From: an uncultured Desulfatitalea sp.
Lineage (GTDB): Bacteria > Desulfobacterota > Desulfobacteria > Desulfobacterales > Desulfosarcinaceae
Direction: 5' to 3'
Length of the DNA stretch: 64,000 nt
Assembly: GCA_963668675.2 (NCBI GenBank)
Contig: CAXXMB010000002.1
Location: forward strand, 1,088,001-1,152,000
Numbering within the stretch: position 1 is the stretch's first letter; every line of letters begins with the position of its first letter. The position numbers and the translations under genes are program-made. The notes beneath the pieces were generated by a model. The model saw only the letters and a program-made list of their open reading frames with translations, did no database searches and was not told the origin of the DNA. Shown here in pieces: positions 57,530 to 64,000 of this stretch.

Positions 57530-59003
57530 CGCCCTCCTCCTCGGAGACGATCTCCACCTTCCCCCTGAACGGCGAATCGTCAAAAAGCGCACTGAGTTGC
57601 GCTTCATCCCGATAGATCAGACGCCAGTACATCAGCTGGTCCATTAACAGCCGGTCGGGATTGGCAGGGGCGAAATTGCCGATAATAAGTGCGCCACCGG
57701 GCTTCAGGTGCTCATAACAACGTCGGATCAGTGCAGCGATCACGCGTTGATCCAGGTAGTCGCATAGGCCGGAAGAGTAAATGATGTCTTGGGGGCCGAA
57801 ATCTTGCTTGATACGACCTATCGCCCATTTAATTACGTTCTCGCGCATGAAACGAAGTGCTGCCCGGTGATCGAAGGTGTTGACCTGCTGGTTGGCGTAT
57901 TGCAGCGCCTCCGCATCGATATCGATACAGAGGGCGTTGATCTTTTCGCTGTATCCGCCCTGGCCGATCAGATCGAACAGCTCGCGGCAGGGGCCGCAGG
58001 CCAGATTCATGATGTGGATCGAATCGACCTCCTCCAAGCGCTCACGGCACAACCGATCCAGCATCCCGTGCAGCAACCGGCGGCGGCCACGCACCGCCCG
58101 GGCCGGCACCTGCTCAAGCAGCCACCCGTCGATCAAGTGCCCCAGCTTTCCGTCGCCTTCTGCCTGGTTTCGATAGATCAACTCGATCATGTAATAATCA
58201 CCGGCATACCCTTTGGGCTTGTAATAGGCGCGCTCGAAAAACCGGCTGCGCACCAGGTAGGGGAACACCTCCTTGAACACGTAGCCCCAGATCAGATCAT
58301 CGCCCCCCTTATCCTGCAACAGCGCTGCCGCCGCCCTCATCTTTTCGAAGAATGAATTGAGGATCGTCTCCCCTTCATCTTTGAGTTTGGGTGAAATCTC
58401 AAGCCCGGCTTCACCCTGCAACCGGTAGCCGACATCGAACATGCGCGCCTTGAACGCCTCGAGCTCCTGGTTGATCTGTTGCCAGCCCGAAGAGCCCAGC
58501 AAATCCGCCGGAAGCTGCTGCATGCCTTTAAAATGCTCTTTTCCGGTCGACAAGGCGGCCGCATAAGCGGTCAGAGGCCCCCTGTCAGAGAGCACCTGGC
58601 GGAACCGGGCACACACCGAACGCAGCACATACTCCAAAAAGCGGGCATAGAGGTCCAGGTTGTCGGATCGTAACCGTGCCATGGTCTGTTGGTCGAAGAT
58701 GCGCAGCCGCACCTCATCCGTTGTCTTGATATTGCGGGTGCGTGTCAACTGATCAAAGAAGCCGATCTCTCCGAAGAAGGAGCCGGGACCGATCAGGGCC
58801 ACCACGATGGGGGTCTGGTTGGAGGTGTAGGAGACCTCCAGAGTGCCCTCCTCTACATAATAAAAGCACTCCGCGGCCGCGCCCATCGAGATCAGGTCGG
58901 TACCATTACTGAATTGCTGCAGCTCGCCATAGGGTAACACCGCCTCGACCAGTTCCTGATCTTCAAAGGAGAAAGAGGTGTCCGCACTCTGTAGGGTTGC
59001 CAT
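57492..59003 (-). CDS. cyclic-nucleotide-binding domain fused to a class I SAM methyltransferase
   Basis: cNMP domain GSFFGEIG...TRT; KPKGYAGDY, NLACGP, YSSGLCDYL, LKPGG.LIIGNF, WRLIYR; start MATLQ. Confidence 0.88.
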   Translation of the reverse strand: MATLQSADTSFSFEDQELVEAVLPYGELQQFSNGTDLISMGAAAECFYYVEEGTLEVSYTSNQTPIVVALIGPGSFFGEIGFFDQLTRTRNIKTTDEVRLRIFDQQTMARLRSDNLDLYARFLEYVLRSVCARFRQVLSDRGPLTAYAAALSTGKEHFKGMQQLPADLLGSSGWQQINQELEAFKARMFDVGYRLQGEAGLEISPKLKDEGETILNSFFEKMRAAAALLQDKGGDDLIWGYVFKEVFPYLVRSRFFERAYYKPKGYAGDYYMIELIYRNQAEGDGKLGHLIDGWLLEQVPARAVRGRRRLLHGMLDRLCRERLEEVDSIHIMNLACGPCRELFDLIGQGGYSEKINALCIDIDAEALQYANQQVNTFDHRAALRFMRENVIKWAIGRIKQDFGPQDIIYSSGLCDYLDQRVIAALIRRCYEHLKPGGALIIGNFAPANPDRLLMDQLMYWRLIYRDEAQLSALFDDSPFRGKVEIVSEEEGVNLFAVARRPVS

Positions 59004-59454
59004 ATTGAGTCCTTTCGCTCTCGACGGTCGTTCACATAGAAGCAACAGGTTATACTGTATAGTAGCGACAAAGGGTAATGTATATAGCAGGCAGCTTTAA
59101 TGAAATGGTCTTCAAACCACTTTTTAATGATGAACAATGGGGAATGCAAAAAGGTATGGATGTCAGGCACGATGAAAAAGCGATAACACTCCCAAAACTA
59201 TTGTGGCTGGTTCGTCCATGCCAATGACCTATTATTTATACTGAAACCAACTGTCAGGTCAATGGTGGTGGAACTGGAAGTGCGCAGAGGTTGCCCTTTT
59301 ATTCACTTTCAAAATACGTTATAGCACTCTCCACGAAGCGGCACCTGCCACTTACACCACAAGTTCTTATTTTGAACGCCTACTCTCACACGTTGCATTG
59401 ATGATATAGGTTGTCTGTCCGGTGGGCACCCCAACCATAGCCAAGGAGAGAGAT

Positions 59455-62196
59455 ATGAGCACGAAACAGTGGGTCTTCCTTTTTGATGAACTCGATCAGG
59501 CCATGCAGTATGTGAACAACGATTGGGAGGAGCTGAGAGGCCTCTTTGGCGGCAAGGGGGCCAACCTGGCCGATATGCACCGGATCGGCGTACCGGTTCC
59601 CCCCGGATTCACGGTCACCACCGAAGCGTGCAACACCTATCTGTCGGGCGGCGGGGTCTTTCCGGACGGCATGTGGGATCAGGAGATGCAAGCCCTGATG
59701 GCAATCGAAAAGGCCACCGGCAAAACCTTTGGCGATGCCGGCGACCCACTGTTGGTTTCATGCCGTTCCGGGGCCAAATTCTCCATGCCTGGCATGATGG
59801 ATACCGTCCTGAACATCGGCCTCAACGATGAAACGGCCAAAGGTATGATCCAACACACCCAGGACCCGCGGTTTGTCTTCGATGCCTACCGCCGCCTGAT
59901 CCAGATGTTCGGTTCGGTGGTCATGAACATTCCGGACGAGGCGTTCGAAACCGCCATCGAAAAAATGAAGCGAGTTTCCGGCGTTTCAACCGATGCCGAA
60001 TTGACCGCGGAGAACTGGCAAACCCTCACCAACCAGTTTAAAACCATTTTCCGCAGTCACACCCAGGTCGACTTTCCCCAGAACCCCATCGAACAGCTTA
60101 AGATGGCCACCGAAGCAGTCTTTAAAAGCTGGAACGGCAAACGGGCCAGGGATTACCGCAATGCAGCCGGCATCGCCCATGATCTGGGCACCGCCGTTAA
60201 CATCGTGACGATGGTGTTCGGCAACATGGGCGACGACAGTGCTACCGGCGTGGCCATGACCCGCAATGGCGCCACCGGCGACCCCAAGCTGGAAGGCGAC
60301 TACCTGATCAATGCCCAGGGCGAAGATGTGGTGGCCGGTATCCGTATCACCAAAGAGATCGATCACATGGCCGACGAGATGCCCCGGGCCTATGAAGAGC
60401 TCCAGCGCATTGCCAAGACCCTGGAGAAACACTACCGCGACATGCAGGACCTGGAGTTTACCATCGAAAAGGGAAAACTCTGGATGTTGCAAACCCGCGA
60501 CGGCAAACGCACCGCCCAGGCCGCCGTGCGCATCGCAGTGGACATGGCCGAAGAGGGCCTGATCACCCATGAAGAGGCCGTGGCACGTGTCTCGCCAGAG
60601 CAGGTCGATTTCTTCCTCCATCCCCAGTTCGATACCCAGGCCATCGCTCAAGCCAGATCCGAAGGCAAAGTGCTCGCCCGCGGTTTGAACGTATCCCCCG
60701 GGGCGGCCGTTGGCAAAGTGGCCTTCGATGCCGACCTTGCGGAATCGTGGGCCAAGGAGCAAGGCCGCCAGGTGCTGATGGTGCGCCCTGAAACCAAACC
60801 AGACGACGTCCACGGTATGCTCGCGGCCAACGGTATTTTGACCAGCCGGGGCGGCCGGACCAGCCATGCCGCATTGGTGGCCCGCCAGTTCGGCAAACCG
60901 GCCATTGTTGGGGTATCGGCCTTGCATATCGACTTGAACAAACGACGGATGGGGGTGGGCGACCGTGTTATCCAAGAGGGCGATTGGCTCTCCCTTGACG
61001 GCAACACCGGTGAAGTCTATCTCGGACAGCTAAAGACCATGGTGCCGGATATCAAGGACCCCTGGCTGATCAAGCTGCTCTCTTGGGCCGATGAGATCCG
61101 CACACTAGGGGTGTGGGCCAATGCCGACTATCCCGCAGACGCACAGAGGGCGAAGGATTATGGCGCCGAGGGAATCGGACTCTGCCGGTCGGAACACATG
61201 TTTTTTGAAAGCGAACGACTGCCTCATGTGCAGAAAATGATCATGGCCCGTCTGCCCTTCGACCGCCGGGAGGCCCTCAACGCCCTGCTCCCGTTCCAGA
61301 GGGAGGACTTTGCCGGGCTGTTTCGGGTGATGGATGGATTGCCGGTGATCATACGGCTCATCGATCCGCCCCTGCACGAATTTCTGCCGGACCTGGTCGA
61401 ACTGATCAATGAACTGGCCGATCTCAAAATGCGAGTGAAACACGCCCCCAACTTGGCCGAAATCGACAGCCTGCTCCAGGAGATTCAACGCAAAGAGCTG
61501 ATCCGGCGCCAGGCCGAACAGCTGCGCGAACAGAACCCCATGCTTGGTCTGCGCGGGGTTCGGCTGGGAATACTCATTCCGGAACTGACCACCATGCAGG
61601 TGAGGGCCGTTTTCGAGGCGGCCTGTGAAGTGGCGCAGGAAGGGATCAGGGTGCTGCCCAAGGTGATGATCCCCCTGACCAGCCACGTCAATGAGCTAAA
61701 GGTGCAACTCGACGTCCTCGAAGCTGAGGCGCGCAAGGTGATGGCTGAAAACAACGCTGAAATCGCTTACAAATTCGGAACCATGATCGAACTGCCGCGC
61801 GCCGCCCTGACCGCCGACCAGATCGCTAAACATGCCCAATTCTTCTCGTTCGGCACCAACGACCTGACCCAGACCACCTACGGCATCTCACGCGACGACG
61901 CCGAGGCCGGATTCCTGATTGCATATCTGAATCGGGGGATCCTGCCAGATAATCCGTTCGCCACCCTGGACCGGGATGGTGTCGCGGAGCTGATGCGCAT
62001 CGCTATCACCAAGGGACGCCAGGTGCGAAGCGACATGGAGTGCGGCATCTGCGGTGAACACGGCGGCGACCCCAGATCGATCGAAATCTGCCACGAATTG
62101 GGACTCAGCTATGTATCGTGCTCGCCCTTTCGCGTGCCCATCGCCAGACTGGCGGCTGCCCACGCTGCGCTGAAGGAAAAGAAGGCAAAACGATAA
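59455..62196 (+). CDS. ppdK: pyruvate, phosphate dikinase
   Basis: GGKGANL, VSCRSGAKFSMPGMMDT, GGRTSHAA (phospho-His), GIGLCRSEHMF, FSFGTNDLTQ, GICGEHGGDP; AAGGAG RBS. Confidence 0.97.
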   Translation: MSTKQWVFLFDELDQAMQYVNNDWEELRGLFGGKGANLADMHRIGVPVPPGFTVTTEACNTYLSGGGVFPDGMWDQEMQALMAIEKATGKTFGDAGDPLLVSCRSGAKFSMPGMMDTVLNIGLNDETAKGMIQHTQDPRFVFDAYRRLIQMFGSVVMNIPDEAFETAIEKMKRVSGVSTDAELTAENWQTLTNQFKTIFRSHTQVDFPQNPIEQLKMATEAVFKSWNGKRARDYRNAAGIAHDLGTAVNIVTMVFGNMGDDSATGVAMTRNGATGDPKLEGDYLINAQGEDVVAGIRITKEIDHMADEMPRAYEELQRIAKTLEKHYRDMQDLEFTIEKGKLWMLQTRDGKRTAQAAVRIAVDMAEEGLITHEEAVARVSPEQVDFFLHPQFDTQAIAQARSEGKVLARGLNVSPGAAVGKVAFDADLAESWAKEQGRQVLMVRPETKPDDVHGMLAANGILTSRGGRTSHAALVARQFGKPAIVGVSALHIDLNKRRMGVGDRVIQEGDWLSLDGNTGEVYLGQLKTMVPDIKDPWLIKLLSWADEIRTLGVWANADYPADAQRAKDYGAEGIGLCRSEHMFFESERLPHVQKMIMARLPFDRREALNALLPFQREDFAGLFRVMDGLPVIIRLIDPPLHEFLPDLVELINELADLKMRVKHAPNLAEIDSLLQEIQRKELIRRQAEQLREQNPMLGLRGVRLGILIPELTTMQVRAVFEAACEVAQEGIRVLPKVMIPLTSHVNELKVQLDVLEAEARKVMAENNAEIAYKFGTMIELPRAALTADQIAKHAQFFSFGTNDLTQTTYGISRDDAEAGFLIAYLNRGILPDNPFATLDRDGVAELMRIAITKGRQVRSDMECGICGEHGGDPRSIEICHELGLSYVSCSPFRVPIARLAAAHAALKEKKAKR

Positions 62197-62336
62197 TCAA
62201 ACGTGCAATCTGTTTTTTTGGGAGGGGTAATCCCTCGGTGCCTGCGCAAAGCATTCAAGTGGGGTCGCAGGCACCGAACGGATAGGCGGGAAAGTGGGAA
62301 TCGTGGGGCAGCGGGTTCAGCACCCCATACCTATCT

Positions 62337-62516
62337 CTATGTGATATCTTTCGATGGAGATATCTTATCCTGTCCACTGGTGATATCCTGAGCCGCCTTG
62401 AGCTCCTCACGGTTCACCATTTTAAAAAATCGGCGCTCCTTTCGAACGTTTCTACAATGATTACAGATATCTACATGACTTACCGGTACCCCACAAATTT
62501 TACAGCGATTACCCAT
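62337..62516 (-). CDS. 59-aa putative zinc-ribbon microprotein (absent from ORF track)
   Basis: AGAGAGGAGG RBS, ATG 62516, MGNRCKICGVPVSHVDICNHCRNVRKERRFFKM..., TAG 62337. Confidence 0.7.
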   Translation of the reverse strand: MGNRCKICGVPVSHVDICNHCRNVRKERRFFKMVNREELKAAQDITSGQDKISPSKDIT

Positions 62517-62839
62517 TGGGCCTCCTCTCTTTTTTAAGTTGTCTTTTCATTGAATAAACGGAGAAACCCGTTTAAAGAACGCAGCCGGAAAAATCGGCGG
62601 TTTCGATCAATGGAAACATAAGTGTATTATAAAGAGAACAGGTTGTCAAGTAAGGCGTATATTATCACTCGAAGAAGCGCCACAAGAGACCGTTTATATT
62701 CCTATCACCCTATAAAAACACTCTATTCAAGGATTATAGAGATGGCCTCGCCACATATTGCCTTATCAATTGAACTTGCGCTGTTATATTCTTGCAGAAT
62801 ACCAATTGCCAAGGATACACAGCACTTGACACGATAAAG

Positions 62840-63904
62840 TTATTGGACAGAGAGGTCTGCCGGGTAGCTCCCCAGCCGCTTGACGGTGATGGACATCTGG
62901 TCCAACTGCTCGAAGACACGTTTCACGCGGTCATCCTGCATCCCACCCTCAAAGTCGAGGAAAAAACTGTAGTTGCCTGGATCGGAACGCAATGGCATTG
63001 AGGCGATGCGGGTCAGGTTGATCTCCTCTTCGGCAAATAGCCGCAGTACATTGAACAGTTGTCCGGCCTCATGAGCAGTGGCAAAGATGATCGACGTCTT
63101 TTCGCCGCTGCCCCCATATGGGTCACGCGACAGCAGCAGGAACCGCGTCGAGTTGGCGGTGCCGTCGGCAATGCCCTGGGCAATGATGGCAAGGTCATAC
63201 AGCTCCGAGCAGAGACTGCTGGCAATGGCCGCCGCAGCCCGTGGGTTGTCGCGGGCCAGCATTTTAGCTGCACCGGCAGTGTCGTAAAAGGGGCGCGCCT
63301 CCAACTTGTTCTTGAGCAGAAACCGTTGACACTGGGCCAGGGCCTGGGGATGGGAGTAGACCACCCGGATCTCACTCACCGCCACGGGAGCCGTGGCCAA
63401 CAGGCAGTGTTTGACCCCCACCCGGGTCTCTCCGATCACTTTCAGCCCGGTGCTGGTGAGCAGGTCGTTCACCTGGGTGACGGCGCCCTCCAGGGAATTC
63501 TCCACCGGTACCACACCCAGGTCGAAATAGCCCTCCTGCACCCCCTGAAACACATCGACAAACTCCATGCATGGGATATAGGCCCCCCCGGGGGCCAGTT
63601 TGCGGCAGGCCACTTCGCCATAGGCCCCGGCCTCCCCTTGGAAAGCCACCAGTTTGCGATCCTGTTCCTGGAGACGCTTGCTCTCTTCAATTATGGTGCG
63701 CAGCAGTTGACGGGCAAACGATCTCTCCACAAGATCGAGGTTCATCCGCTCCGGCCGGGCCAGAACTGTCTCTTCGCGCTTGGAATCCATCACTTCGGAT
63801 TTAAACTTCTTGGCCCGGATGGCCATTCCCATGCGTTCCTGCAGCAACACAAGCAGCTGACGATCGATCTTATCGATTTTACTTCTAATCTCTTCCAGTT
63901 TCAT
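62840..63904 (-). CDS. pheA: bifunctional chorismate mutase / prephenate dehydratase
   Basis: LEEIRSKIDKID CM domain; FQGEAGAY, VPVENSLEG, SHPQALAQC, NSTRF; ACT domain; start MKLEE. Confidence 0.95.
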   Translation of the reverse strand: MKLEEIRSKIDKIDRQLLVLLQERMGMAIRAKKFKSEVMDSKREETVLARPERMNLDLVERSFARQLLRTIIEESKRLQEQDRKLVAFQGEAGAYGEVACRKLAPGGAYIPCMEFVDVFQGVQEGYFDLGVVPVENSLEGAVTQVNDLLTSTGLKVIGETRVGVKHCLLATAPVAVSEIRVVYSHPQALAQCQRFLLKNKLEARPFYDTAGAAKMLARDNPRAAAAIASSLCSELYDLAIIAQGIADGTANSTRFLLLSRDPYGGSGEKTSIIFATAHEAGQLFNVLRLFAEEEINLTRIASMPLRSDPGNYSFFLDFEGGMQDDRVKRVFEQLDQMSITVKRLGSYPADLSVQ

Positions 63905-64000
63905 CGTTGTTCGCTCCACGTCGTATGTTTCGGGAGGGGAATATTCACTTGAATGGTGATCGCTTTTTGGATTTTTTGTGCATAACATGGGAGTGCTACG

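Overview
GC-rich chromosomal window from an anaerobic deltaproteobacterium (Desulfobacterales-like; inferred from gene content only). Left to right: (1) a CoA-dependent catabolic cluster (4-hydroxybutyryl-CoA-dehydratase-family enzyme, SDR, Fe-S protein, acyl-CoA ligase, thiolase); (2) recD2, a MoxR/VWA pair, a folate-independent MesB-type methionine synthase and tatA; (3) cAMP and c-di-GMP signalling genes, the c-di-GMP operon behind a sigma28-like promoter; (4) a ~30 kb molybdenum/tungsten-selenium island (23.2-53.5 kb); (5) a TraB/GumN protein, a hybrid histidine kinase convergent with a cNMP-methyltransferase fusion, ppdK, a 59-aa zinc-ribbon ORF absent from the ORF track, and pheA. The island holds a GAACH-type desulfurase, modABC, a selenocysteine formate dehydrogenase (UGA read-through plus SECIS, split in the ORF track), a Tat-less PsrA/PhsA-like molybdoenzyme, FmdE, a single-subunit molybdenum-storage-protein homolog, PadR, a TiaS-like protein, a MOT1 transporter, the aldehyde oxidoreductase (mop) + DVU_1551-1558-type radical-SAM cluster and a ModE-like regulator. 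One 18-bp palindromic operator sits at both island promoters. A decayed toxin/DUF1240-like immunity insert and a ~190-bp palindromic element interrupt the island. No rRNA, tRNA, CRISPR array or intact transposase was seen. Family assignments come from motif recognition by eye, not database searches.
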